A DNA stretch of 64,000 nucleotides from an uncultured bacterium (lineage in GTDB: Bacteria > Patescibacteriota > Minisyncoccia > Phycocordibacterales > UBA9973): the NCBI GenBank assembly GCA_937903035.1, contig CALCZP010000003.1, positions 1,156-65,155 on the forward strand, in the 5' to 3' direction. The notes beneath the pieces are model-generated. The model searched no databases, had not been told where the DNA came from, and saw only the letters and a list, made by a program, of their open reading frames with translations. The translations under genes were made by a program, and so were the position numbers. Shown here in pieces: positions 28,140 through 37,539 of this stretch (positions are counted from its first letter, which is position 1; every line of letters begins with the position of its first letter).

Positions 28140-28400
28140 TTAGTATTGCAAACAGTATTGTACTGTTGTCACAAACCTGAAACAAACGATCTGTATTTTT
28201 TGCAATAGCGTTATTTTTACAGGATGCATGACCACGATCGGTGCCTCATTAGTAATTTCAGCAAACGAGATATCAATCCTAATCATACCATCGGAAGATT
28301 GTTCAAAACTGATAAGTTTTTGATTTTCTTCATGTTTCAAATAAGCAGCTACTGCTTTTCTAAGGAAATCAATTCCTACGGTTTTTGTACTATATTGCAT
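28140..28400 (-). CDS. Hypothetical small protein (86 aa)
   Basis: ORF only. Confidence 0.3.
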   Translation of the reverse strand: MQYSTKTVGIDFLRKAVAAYLKHEENQKLISFEQSSDGMIRIDISFAEITNEAPIVVMHPVKITLLQKIQIVCFRFVTTVQYCLQY

Positions 28401-28640
28401 AGGGTTAGTTTTTCATTATTTTGCACCATATACCACCACTGTCAAACTTTGGTATACTTTGTGTATTATGGGTGAATTAAAATGGTTTCTCTTGGCATTC
28501 TTCGGACTCTGGGCACTATGGGTACTTACTGGTGGACCGGCACGTATCGAGAACAGAAAACGTCCGTTTCTCGAGCAACCTTCTCCTATTGAAAGCGGCA
28601 AACCATACACCGTCCAAGAACTCAAGACCAAAAACAACCG

Positions 28641-29159
28641 CTAGCGACCAAGCATCCGAAAGAGTGCGATACCTCCGGCAACTGACACATTGAGCGACTC
28701 TTTCATACCATTCATCGGAATTTCAGCGACACTATCTACAAGCGAAAGAATTTCTAGGGATATACCTGCAACTTCATTTCCGAGGATAAATGCCACTTTC
28801 TCTCCTACTTCAATATCCTTATAATCAATTGATCGATCAGATTGCTCAATTGCAATTATTTGAAATCCCTGCACATGAAGGCTTGCAAGCAATGATTCTA
28901 TCGATTCGTACTGTTCCCAAGGTACCGACAGTTCTGCACCAAGTGCAGTTTTTATAACTTTCGTATTTGGTCTACCAAAACGATCAATGGGTGTCGATGT
29001 GATCCGAGAAAGATAGATTTTGGTAATACCCACAGCATCAGCGGTACGAAAGAGTGATCCCACGTTTTCAGCGCTTCGAATATCATGCAGTAGTAAAACA
29101 GCATTTGGAGCCTTTGCTTTCATATCAAAGCATGGTATAGTTTTTGACACATTTTGCAA
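28641..29159 (-). CDS. TrmH/SpoU-family RNA 2'-O-methyltransferase
   Basis: SPOUT motifs (LLLHDIRSAENVGSLFRTADAVG; ILGNEVAGIS; IPMNGMKESLNVSVAGGIALF). Confidence 0.8.
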   Translation of the reverse strand: MQNVSKTIPCFDMKAKAPNAVLLLHDIRSAENVGSLFRTADAVGITKIYLSRITSTPIDRFGRPNTKVIKTALGAELSVPWEQYESIESLLASLHVQGFQIIAIEQSDRSIDYKDIEVGEKVAFILGNEVAGISLEILSLVDSVAEIPMNGMKESLNVSVAGGIALFRMLGR

Positions 29160-29181
29160 ATCAAAGTGTGATGATCAATAT

Positions 29182-29254
29182 GCCCCTATAGCTCAGTCGG
29201 TAGAGCAGCTCCCTTTTAAGGAGACGGTCGTAGGTTCGAATCCTACTGGGGGCA
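29182..29254 (+). tRNA. tRNA-Lys (anticodon TTT)
   Basis: Acceptor GCCCCTA/TGGGGGC, D-arm GCTCAGTCGGTAGAGC, anticodon loop CTTTTAA, T-arm GTAGG-TTCGAAT-CCTAC. Confidence 0.9.
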
Positions 29255-29298
29255 CTAGCGAACCGAATCCTCCTTTTACTAAGTAAAAAAGCCGTCAC

Positions 29299-29964
29299 CT
29301 AGTGAGCACTAGTAATGAGCATCATACCTACCCCAAGGAGTATTCCTCCGACAAACAATACCGTATCTTTTTTGTTTGCATGTTTCGTACCGATGAAGTA
29401 GAACTCGGCAATCACAAAACTGTATGAAAAGAGTGTTGCAATATCTGCAACAAATTCATAGCGGTGCAAAAAGTCTGCACCAAAAAATCCAGCAACAATA
29501 CCTGTTGTAATACCAATGCATGCAGTACCAACTACCCATATCCATCCAACATTCACAACCGTAAGGGCAGTACTCAAAAATGATTGCCGAACGATTTCAT
29601 GAAGTATGATACTTCCTGCAAACAACATTCCTGCAATCACACCACCAATACGAAAAGTTTCGACGGCAGTAAATCCATCGATTGCAGGATGTGCAATGTT
29701 TGCAAAGATGAGCACTGCGACAGGGATGACATCGATCGCCGAATCCCCTACATGATGATGACTATGTCCGAAATGACGAGACGTCAAGTATGCCATAAGT
29801 ATCCCAAGTGCAATTGCGGCTACCGCAATACCAACATAGATGGTGGGCAATAGCTCCAAAAACACATGCACCAGAAATACTGCCACGAGACCTGCCATGA
29901 CAGTGCGATATTGTTCAATTCGATCAAAAAAGATATTACGCATACAATTGCAAGTTATTCGCAT
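29299..29964 (-). CDS. ZIP-family divalent metal (zinc) transporter-like membrane protein
   Basis: Multi-TM protein with His-rich segment SRHFGHSHHHVGDS and an HEI motif. Divergent from a Fur/Zur regulator. Start may be the internal M8. Confidence 0.55.
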   Translation of the reverse strand: MRITCNCMRNIFFDRIEQYRTVMAGLVAVFLVHVFLELLPTIYVGIAVAAIALGILMAYLTSRHFGHSHHHVGDSAIDVIPVAVLIFANIAHPAIDGFTAVETFRIGGVIAGMLFAGSIILHEIVRQSFLSTALTVVNVGWIWVVGTACIGITTGIVAGFFGADFLHRYEFVADIATLFSYSFVIAEFYFIGTKHANKKDTVLFVGGILLGVGMMLITSAH

Positions 29965-29982
29965 TTGAGTATACTTTTGTGT

Positions 29983-30414
29983 ATGAAGAAGTCAACACCA
30001 ATTGATCCCGAATCAGTACTTATCGAACATGGATTCAAGCGAACCCCGCTCAGACTTGCACTTCTAGAGCTTTTCTCTCAATCAACCAAACCCTTCACTG
30101 CTACTGACCTCATCAAAAAAACAAAAAAAGTTGGCACTGATACTGCAACACTGTATCGAGCACTCACCGCATTTCTCGAGGCTGGTATTATCCAAAGTCT
30201 TGCACTCCAGAAAGACAAGGTTTCATACCAACTCAAATCATCACATACACACCACATCGTATGTAACAAATGCGGTACGATCGAGACGGTACCCTTTTGC
30301 ATTAGAGATATTACAAAAAAAGCTGTACTTACCTCCAAACTTTTCAAAGTGATCAACGAGCATCGACTCGAGTTTTTTGGAACTTGCAGAAAATGTATCC
30401 GCGCGGTACGGTGA
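29983..30414 (+). CDS. Fur-family metalloregulator (Zur-like)
   Basis: Winged-helix N-terminus, metal site SSHTHHIVCNKCG...CxxC. Start trimmed to MKKSTPIDPE. Confidence 0.8.
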   Translation: MKKSTPIDPESVLIEHGFKRTPLRLALLELFSQSTKPFTATDLIKKTKKVGTDTATLYRALTAFLEAGIIQSLALQKDKVSYQLKSSHTHHIVCNKCGTIETVPFCIRDITKKAVLTSKLFKVINEHRLEFFGTCRKCIRAVR

Positions 30415-30418
30415 TACT

Positions 30419-30796
30419 ATGTCTATGAAAAAGAAACAAATCATTACGTTCGCTGTTATCATACTCGTTGTTGCGGGACTCATTTCATTACTCGTTGTAC
30501 AAGCAAAAAAGCCCGGCAAGTATGATACCTTTGCGCAGTGCATCTCAGACAGTGGTGCAAAGTTTTATGGCGCATGGTGGTGTCCTCACTGTCAGGCAAC
30601 AAAGGCAATGTTTGGCAAGTCTGCAAAACTCCTTCCGTATGTTGAATGCTCAACCCCTGATTCAAAACCAATCCAGCAATGTACCGACCTCGGTATCAAA
30701 GGATATCCAACATGGAAGTTCGCTGATGGCAGTGAACTAAGCGGTGAACGCACTATGACCGAACTCGCCGAGAAAACGAATTGTGCCATCCAATAA
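30419..30796 (+). CDS. Membrane-anchored thioredoxin-fold oxidoreductase (DsbA/VKOR-associated Trx-like, WCPHC active site)
   Basis: N-terminal TM anchor then FYGAWWCPHCQATKAMF. Start 4 nt after the zur stop. Confidence 0.7.
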   Translation: MSMKKKQIITFAVIILVVAGLISLLVVQAKKPGKYDTFAQCISDSGAKFYGAWWCPHCQATKAMFGKSAKLLPYVECSTPDSKPIQQCTDLGIKGYPTWKFADGSELSGERTMTELAEKTNCAIQ

Positions 30797-30797
30797 T

Positions 30798-31337
30798 ATG
30801 TCAGTCGAACTCTTCAACACACTTGCTGCCGTCAGTGTTATCGCGATCCAGATCGGTATCGTCGCACTGATTCTCGGCATGATTACCAAAGCTCCATTTG
30901 TACAGTGGATTGCTTGCTATGCACATATCATCCTTGGCGCACTTTTCATTGGTGGCTCGGTTGCAAGTTTTATCTACCAATACGGCTTCAGCTATGAGCC
31001 ATGTCTCCTCTGTTGGTACCAGCGCATTGCCATCATTCCGATTGCAATCCTCACTCTCACTGGCGACATCCGCAAGAGCTCACTCATGCGTAAACAGGTT
31101 CTCACGCTTGCGATCATCGGCTTTCTTGTCGCACTTTTTCACAACTATATCGACATCTTCCCGAGCGGCCTTGATGTGTGTGGTGCAGAAGGTGTGAGCT
31201 GTCTAAAGCGCTATGTGTATGAATTCGGCTATATCACCATTCCCATGATGTCGGCAACAATACTCCTTGCAGGCATACTCCTCTCCTTGATCACCAAGCG
31301 TTATCCACAGAACGACATTGTTACAACCACTAAGTAG
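30798..31337 (+). CDS. Disulfide bond formation protein B (DsbB/BdbC family)
   Basis: Four TM helices. First Cys pair CLLCWYQR in the TM1-TM2 loop, second pair CGAEGVSC. Start 1 nt after the Trx stop. Confidence 0.7.
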   Translation: MSVELFNTLAAVSVIAIQIGIVALILGMITKAPFVQWIACYAHIILGALFIGGSVASFIYQYGFSYEPCLLCWYQRIAIIPIAILTLTGDIRKSSLMRKQVLTLAIIGFLVALFHNYIDIFPSGLDVCGAEGVSCLKRYVYEFGYITIPMMSATILLAGILLSLITKRYPQNDIVTTTK

Positions 31338-31474
31338 GTCTATACTATAAGGAGTTGCTCTTTTGCATCCCAAACCTGTCAGTGCAGGATGCGCCAAAAC
31401 TCCCTGTTCCTCAATAGACGCTCTTTAAAAAGTACGCAACAAATAAAAACAAAAACTCATCGTTATATAGATAC

Positions 31475-31510
31475 AAAAAGCTCCCTTAACTAAGGAGCTT
31501 TTTCTTTTTT
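31475..31510. terminator. Bidirectional rho-independent terminator
   Basis: aaaaagctccctta-ac-taaggagcttttt with T-runs on both sides. Confidence 0.65.
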
Positions 31511-31519
31511 CTATTTCAG

Positions 31520-32137
31520 TTAGGAAAGCAGTACTTTTTCAAGTGCGAGTTCAAGTGGTACTCCCCCTTTCCATGCATCAGCATGCGCAGTGATGAGTCG
31601 CTCATACAATGCCTTGTATACACCCGTAGTATCTTTCAACATCATGTCACGAACTTTCCAGTAGATAATACCAAGCATCGCTTCGGCTGAGTGATGTTCT
31701 GCAATCGCATAATATTTCAACCATCGGCTTTTTTTATCAGAGGTAGTGATCATATTCGATACATCATTGAACATCGTCTCTTTTTTTGTAACTGATTCTT
31801 TTCCTCCAGTGTGTACTACCGCTCCAGTTTTTTTGAACAATGCCACCAGTGGTGATGAAAGAGTAATTTCTTCAAAAATAAATATTGTCGGACTTGCAAG
31901 AAGTTTTTTTACAAACGGAAGACCAACATCATCAGCATGAGAACTTACTACAAATCGTGTATGTATTACTGGTAGTGTCGGACTAAAAAGTGATGGGTAG
32001 AGATACTGTTCAAGTTCACTAAATGTCACATCGGTGTCATGGAGCACAATGACCTCATCGCTTCCCGATTGCTTGATTGCTTCTGCAATATAAGAAGATC
32101 GAACTGTTTTATTATCAGCAACTACAAGAATAATCAT
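31520..32137 (-). CDS. Hypothetical protein, possibly a minimal DNA polymerase III delta (HolA)-like protein
   Basis: 205 aa with weak pattern similarity to the HolA N-terminal region (…VIVLHDTDVTFSELEQYLY…RFVV). Uncertain. Confidence 0.3.
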   Translation of the reverse strand: MIILVVADNKTVRSSYIAEAIKQSGSDEVIVLHDTDVTFSELEQYLYPSLFSPTLPVIHTRFVVSSHADDVGLPFVKKLLASPTIFIFEEITLSSPLVALFKKTGAVVHTGGKESVTKKETMFNDVSNMITTSDKKSRWLKYYAIAEHHSAEAMLGIIYWKVRDMMLKDTTGVYKALYERLITAHADAWKGGVPLELALEKVLLS

Positions 32138-32598
32138 TAGAGTATTTTTTGTACGGATGATCGATATGTTTTGTATTCTCCATCTGCAGTAGTCGCAAGG
32201 ATCGACTCATACTTTTTGAAAAAAATATTTGAGACAAGGTACCCGATCAAGGTCGAAAGAAAAAGCATGAGCGAACCTGAGACCAGTGTGTAGCCCGCTA
32301 CAAGAATGAGGAGCCCAAGATGGGTTGGATTGCGCATATACCGATACGGACCAAAATGAAAGTATTTCTTTCCATACCCATGCGTTTGCTCGACATAACG
32401 AGATGTGTACTGTGCCCAGAAAATAAGTATTGGCCCAATAATGAAAAAAGTTATCGCAATATATAGTGCATAGGGAACATTCATTTCAAACCCAAGAAAA
32501 TAATCAGCAAACAATCCAAGCATACTACATACAAAGTGTACGAGATATGACTTCGCCAGCACAATATGGATAGATTCGTGTCGTTTCATAGCTTTCAT
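32137..32598 (-). CDS. Isoprenylcysteine carboxyl methyltransferase (ICMT/PEMT) family membrane methyltransferase
   Basis: Family motif GPYRYMRNPTHLG in a 4-5 TM protein. Confidence 0.65.
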   Translation of the reverse strand: MKAMKRHESIHIVLAKSYLVHFVCSMLGLFADYFLGFEMNVPYALYIAITFFIIGPILIFWAQYTSRYVEQTHGYGKKYFHFGPYRYMRNPTHLGLLILVAGYTLVSGSLMLFLSTLIGYLVSNIFFKKYESILATTADGEYKTYRSSVQKIL

Positions 32599-32607
32599 TG
32601 TATAGAT

Positions 32608-34962
32608 TTACTTGAGCTCATCAAGTCGTGCACCTTGTCCTACTGATACCTCAAGTGGAACCGGATCAACAGCTATGTCGATTGGTGTTCTGACAAAAAC
32701 GTCTTTCATTGCAGACTCAATGATCGCTCGTGCCTCATCCGCTACCGACGCATCAACCTCATAGACAAGCTCATCATGCACCTGAAGCACTAAGTGTACT
32801 TTGTCAATTAACCCCGCAGTTGCAAGATCTCTTTCGATCATCGGGATCGCGATCTTAATAATATCTGCCGCTGTTCCCTGAATTGGGGCATTACCCGCCA
32901 TACGTTCTGCAAATGCGCGAAGGAATGGTGCACTTGAGGTAATACCTGGAAAATAGCGACGTCGACCAAACAGTGTGGTTGTATATCCATGCTCTTTGGC
33001 ACCGGTTCGTACACTATCCATGTATGCGGCAATACTTGGAAATGCAGCAAAGTAGTCATTATAAAATATTGTTGCCTTTTCTTTCGTTGTACTGAGGTTT
33101 TTCTGAAGTGCTGATATACCCATACCGTAGATAATGCCAAAGTTGATCACCTTCGCTGCTCGTCGCATATCTTGAGTTACCTCAGAAGCTTCAACACCAA
33201 AGACTGATGATGCCACCGTCGTATGGATATCATCTCCGCGTTCAAATGTTGCGCGAAGTTTGCTGTCATTAGAGAGCATAGCAAGTACTCGAAGCTCTAT
33301 TTGTGAATAGTCACTTCCAATAAATACATGCCCGGGGGCAGCCATAAAGCCATGGCGAATCTCTTTTCCACCCTCCCCTTTTGCTGGAATATTTTGAAGA
33401 TTTGGATTGATTGATGAGAAACGTCCGGTTGTCGTCCCATGCTGGAGAAATGTTGCATGCACCCGGTCATGCTCATCTGCACAGCCAAGCAATGCTTCGA
33501 CATAGGTTGAGAGAAGCTTCTGTACTTCACGATGTTCGAGAATCATCGCAACTACTTCATGTTCTTCGCGAAGTGACTCGAGTGTTTCTGCGTTAGTCGT
33601 AAATGCACCACTAGCCTTTTTCTTTCCTTTTGGTTTAAGTTCAAGCTTTGTAAACAACAATTCAGAAAGTTGTTTTGGGGAATTGAGATTAATCGGACCA
33701 CTATTCACGGCATGTACCCTCTCTTCAATACCTTTCAATTGTAGCAACATTTTATCGCGAAGTGTTTCGAAATACGGTCGGTCGATCCTGATGCCACGCT
33801 TTTGCATCGTATCAATCACCGGCACCAGTGGTAGCTCAATGAGTCCAAAAACATCCCATAATCCGCGCTTTTTAAGCTCTGCCTCAATCGTCTCATACGC
33901 CTCTTTAAGCGTATGCTTGCGGGCACGAGTAAGAATAGCTTCGTATCCTGGTGCAGTGTCTTCTGAATAAAGCACCCACATCGCAATGGACGCCTTACGC
34001 AACAATTCAGGATCAATATCTTCCTCTGGTTTATCATCACTCACTGCAAAGAGTTTTTTGACGCGAGGAATCAAACTCCGGAATTCATATTCACCAAATA
34101 TTGCGAGAAGTTTTTCAGTATCAATATGATCTATATACGCAGCTGTTGGCATATCATAGACAATAGGCGCATCTCGTCTGATTGTTGCAAGCGTCTTTGA
34201 GAAAAATGCATCATCACGATGATCTCTCAAAATACCAATCATACGTTCAGAGATTCCTGCTGTTCGTACCCCTTCAGGATCGGTATCAAGTGCCTCATAG
34301 AGCCCTTCAATAGAACCCCATGTTGCAATAATAGTAGTTGCTGTCTTTTCGCCTATTCCAGGCACTCCTTTGATATTGTCGGATGGATCACCACGAAGCC
34401 CTTTGTAGTCGACGAGTTGGGATGGTTTGAATCCATAGCGTTCAACTACTCCTACTTCGTCATACAGCACCGTATCAGTCACTCCCTTTTTAAGGGTAAA
34501 GACTCTGATCTTGGTACCCTCAACAAGCTGAAGTGTATCCATATCCCCTGACGCAATCACGATATTGACTCCATCAACTGCACGATACTTCTCTACAAGT
34601 GTGCCTATTACGTCGTCAGCTTCAAATCCTTCTGCATCAAGACATGGAATACCAAACGCTTCAAATATGGTGCGAGAACGTATGAGCTGATCGCGCAGAT
34701 CATCATCAGTCTTTGCACGACCTGCCTTGTACGCATCATATGCTTGATGGCGAAACGTTGGTTTTGGCAAATCATATGCCGCAACAATCGCATCAGGTTT
34801 GAGCTCCTCAACAATACGAATGATCATTGATGCAAGACCGTAAAGCGCACCGGTCACCATACCATCACTCCGGGTGAAGCTCGGCAACGCATGATAGGCA
34901 CGATGGATAATCGCATGTGCGTCGAGAATGACGAGCGTTTTGGTGTTAGCTGTTTTTTTCAT
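32608..34962 (-). CDS. polA: DNA polymerase I (5'-3' exonuclease, degenerate 3'-5' exo, and polymerase domains)
   Basis: 5' nuclease N-terminus (LVILDAHAIIHRAYHALP), Pol A motifs (DYSQIELRVLA, motif B RRAAKVINFGIIYGM, motif C VHDELVYE). Start trimmed to MKKTANTKT. The track ORF is extended 234 nt and overlaps tsaE. Confidence 0.9.
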   Translation of the reverse strand: MKKTANTKTLVILDAHAIIHRAYHALPSFTRSDGMVTGALYGLASMIIRIVEELKPDAIVAAYDLPKPTFRHQAYDAYKAGRAKTDDDLRDQLIRSRTIFEAFGIPCLDAEGFEADDVIGTLVEKYRAVDGVNIVIASGDMDTLQLVEGTKIRVFTLKKGVTDTVLYDEVGVVERYGFKPSQLVDYKGLRGDPSDNIKGVPGIGEKTATTIIATWGSIEGLYEALDTDPEGVRTAGISERMIGILRDHRDDAFFSKTLATIRRDAPIVYDMPTAAYIDHIDTEKLLAIFGEYEFRSLIPRVKKLFAVSDDKPEEDIDPELLRKASIAMWVLYSEDTAPGYEAILTRARKHTLKEAYETIEAELKKRGLWDVFGLIELPLVPVIDTMQKRGIRIDRPYFETLRDKMLLQLKGIEERVHAVNSGPINLNSPKQLSELLFTKLELKPKGKKKASGAFTTNAETLESLREEHEVVAMILEHREVQKLLSTYVEALLGCADEHDRVHATFLQHGTTTGRFSSINPNLQNIPAKGEGGKEIRHGFMAAPGHVFIGSDYSQIELRVLAMLSNDSKLRATFERGDDIHTTVASSVFGVEASEVTQDMRRAAKVINFGIIYGMGISALQKNLSTTKEKATIFYNDYFAAFPSIAAYMDSVRTGAKEHGYTTTLFGRRRYFPGITSSAPFLRAFAERMAGNAPIQGTAADIIKIAIPMIERDLATAGLIDKVHLVLQVHDELVYEVDASVADEARAIIESAMKDVFVRTPIDIAVDPVPLEVSVGQGARLDELK

Positions 34963-35380
34963 AGGTAATTCGTCGTCCAGCTCCTTCATGACTGATATGA
35001 TACTGTGCGATATCATGCGGAAGTGCGTCCTTGATACGCTCTGGCCATTCAACAACAAGGACTGTCTTTGGTCGCGCAAGAAGTGATTCAAACCCAAGCG
35101 ATGCAAGCTCATCGAGCGATTCAATCCGATAGGCGTCCATATGCGCAAGCATATCAAATCCCGGATGATTCGCATCATAAAACTTCGCAATAACAAATGT
35201 TGGACTTACGACTGTCTCACTTATACCCATCAATCGGGCGATTTCCTGGGTAAGGGTGGTCTTCCCCGCTCCCAAATCCCCGGTGAGTCCGATGACTGTA
35301 GCGCCTTCTTTAGTCGCCAAATCTGAGACAATCATCTGTGCAATTCGAGAGATTTCTGTAGGATCGTAATACTCGTTCAT
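34946..35380 (-). CDS. tsaE: tRNA threonylcarbamoyladenosine biosynthesis ATPase TsaE
   Basis: Walker A LTGDLGAGKTT and the YjeE fold. 144 aa. Confidence 0.85.
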   Translation of the reverse strand: MNEYYDPTEISRIAQMIVSDLATKEGATVIGLTGDLGAGKTTLTQEIARLMGISETVVSPTFVIAKFYDANHPGFDMLAHMDAYRIESLDELASLGFESLLARPKTVLVVEWPERIKDALPHDIAQYHISHEGAGRRITYEKNS

Positions 35381-35396
35381 ACCCCCATACTAGCAC

Positions 35397-35427
35397 AAAG
35401 GCCGGCCCCATTGGGGCCGGCCTTTGA
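35397..35427. terminator. GC-rich palindromic hairpin between tsaE and the upstream surface-protein gene
   Basis: aaaggccggcccca-tt-ggggccggccttt is a perfect stem, but the U-run is weak. Confidence 0.4.
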
Positions 35428-35446
35428 TACGTAATTCTCCTAGCGT

Positions 35447-37408
35447 TTAGTACTTATTTTCTTCACGCTTTTTGTAGAACTGACGTGCTACAAGGATAAG
35501 CGCAAGGATCACAAGGATGAGGAGCAACCATTCGAGCAATGTATCAGGAAGGAATGAACCAAAACCAAATGCATTTGCAACAAGAAGGTTTGGGCAATCC
35601 TCAGAGATCGTGAGCAATGAGTACGCAATTGCATCTTCTTGTCCACGAGTAAGACTATTAGTGTAGACCACTGAAGCAGTTGTTACTGCAAGGTTTCCAC
35701 GGATTGCGTCACTATTCACGCGAGCATGAATGATGACTGTACCTGACTCACCTGGAGCTACTGTACCAAGATCAAGCGTGAGCGCACGATCCACTACTTC
35801 ATAATGTCCGAGAGAAGATGACAAGTAAGTAATCTCTTTTGGATGAGTGATTCGAAGTACTGTATCAGTAAGGCTCTGGTTTGAGATGTTACGATACGTC
35901 ACTGTATAGTCGATTGTTCCACCTACACACATACGTTCATATGATGTTTGAACTTTGAGTTCAAGCAATGATGCTTCACTCTTTGCTGTTACGGTATCTT
36001 TTACGGTAACAGTCTTGATGATCACATTAGGAGTAGTGGTTACAGTAGTCGAACGAGTAGTCTGAAATCGAACAATATCACCATAGGCGGTACCGTTTTG
36101 ATTTTGGACAGCTGCACGATAGTAGTACACAGCTCCAGGAGTGAGGCCTGAAACAGTGGCATTGTAGTAAGTAGTACCACCATTTGAAGGGATTGACTGA
36201 CTTTGTGTTCGTGAACCAAGGTTTCCATTTGTTCCCCATTCAAACCATGCGGTTGTAGAACCAGTAGTTGTATTAGGAACAGCAATACCATTGAGCTGTG
36301 CAGAGTATCCACCAAGGACACTTGCAACAGTCGTGATCGCCTGAGGTGCACTATTGGTTACCTTTGTACCAACATTGATCGTAATACTCTTTGAACGACT
36401 ACAATCATCAGCAGTGAGCGTATAGGTTGTTGTTGAAGACGGACTTACGCGCACACTACCATCTTCACTTTTGTTCAAGAAATCTTGATCGTTTGATTCA
36501 ATATCAACTGATCCAGTATTGGTTGTTTTCCACGTAAGGGTAACTGTATCTCCACGAGAGATTGAGGTATCACTTGCTGAAAATGAATCAATACTACATG
36601 AGCTACTCTTACCAACAGTAACCTTTTCGGTATCAGTGTCTCCAAGATGACCGTCAAAGTCATATGCACGAAGGGTATAGGTTGTAGTTGCATCAGGACT
36701 GATAGTTACACTTCCATCAGCATCTTCATCATTGAAGTCCTGATCGTTTGATTCAATATCAACATATTCACAACCAGTAGTTGTCCATCGAAGTTTTGTT
36801 GAGTCACCATCATCGATTGACGTATCATCAGCACTAAAGCTATTGATCACACAGTCATTATTATTTGATGATGAGCCACCCACACGGTACTGCACAACAA
36901 CACTTCCCTGACCCTCCCATCCAGGAGCTACGTCACCAATTGACTGACCGTAGTTGTCATAGATATTACTTGCACTAATCGTTTGACCTGAAGTGCTCTG
37001 GTTTGGGTACCAAATTGCACCAATAAGCTGAAGGCTTGCAGATGAACTAAGATTCACGGTTGCAGATCCTTTTGCAACGACATAGCCGTTTGCAAGAACG
37101 CCACCACGAATCGTATGAGTTGAAGATACATTCGTAATTTCAGCTTGGTTCAATCCAACTGCTACATTAGCAGCTGTATAGTCACTCGTATTGTGATAAT
37201 AAATGTGAACACCAATAGTGTCACCAGGATTTGCCGTTACTGACGACTTCCAACATCCATCAACGGGACCAGGGGTACAACCGCTTTTTGACACAAGGAT
37301 TGTCGCCATGTCTTTTGCATCATTATTGAATGACTGCGCGTGTGCAACGGACACGGACATGCCAAGACCGATCACGAGAGCAATCATTGAAAAGATAATT
37401 TTTTTCAT
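35447..37408 (-). CDS. Large cell-surface protein (653 aa): signal peptide, tandem Ig-like repeats, FN3-like region, C-terminal TM anchor
   Basis: Signal peptide MKKIIFSMIALVIGLGMSVSVAHA. Two ~75-aa internal repeats (…DTSIDDGDSTKLRWTTTGCEYVDIESNDQDF… / …DTSISRGDTVTLTWKTTNTGSVDIESNDQDF…). C-terminal LLEWLLLILVILALILVARQFYKKRE anchor. Confidence 0.6.
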   Translation of the reverse strand: MKKIIFSMIALVIGLGMSVSVAHAQSFNNDAKDMATILVSKSGCTPGPVDGCWKSSVTANPGDTIGVHIYYHNTSDYTAANVAVGLNQAEITNVSSTHTIRGGVLANGYVVAKGSATVNLSSSASLQLIGAIWYPNQSTSGQTISASNIYDNYGQSIGDVAPGWEGQGSVVVQYRVGGSSSNNNDCVINSFSADDTSIDDGDSTKLRWTTTGCEYVDIESNDQDFNDEDADGSVTISPDATTTYTLRAYDFDGHLGDTDTEKVTVGKSSSCSIDSFSASDTSISRGDTVTLTWKTTNTGSVDIESNDQDFLNKSEDGSVRVSPSSTTTYTLTADDCSRSKSITINVGTKVTNSAPQAITTVASVLGGYSAQLNGIAVPNTTTGSTTAWFEWGTNGNLGSRTQSQSIPSNGGTTYYNATVSGLTPGAVYYYRAAVQNQNGTAYGDIVRFQTTRSTTVTTTPNVIIKTVTVKDTVTAKSEASLLELKVQTSYERMCVGGTIDYTVTYRNISNQSLTDTVLRITHPKEITYLSSSLGHYEVVDRALTLDLGTVAPGESGTVIIHARVNSDAIRGNLAVTTASVVYTNSLTRGQEDAIAYSLLTISEDCPNLLVANAFGFGSFLPDTLLEWLLLILVILALILVARQFYKKREENKY

Positions 37409-37539
37409 ATAATACTTACTTTTTTCTCACTTTATAATAACTACCACGTTTCAGCTCCTTATCGTTCGACCGATACGGAACTAAAATATAGAAAGGATGA
37501 TGATATACATCACCCTTTGTATTTTTTGGAAAGATACTG

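Noticed and set aside
34963-35196. N-terminal 78 residues of the track polA ORF, and similar 5' extensions of the pilB, PBP, dnaA, ruvC, Zur, trx, ABC-ATPase and methyltransferase ORFs
   Set aside because: The extensions overlap the upstream genes and lack homology. An internal ATG with better spacing restores the canonical N-termini (for example MKKTANTKTLVILDAH for the 5' nuclease domain).
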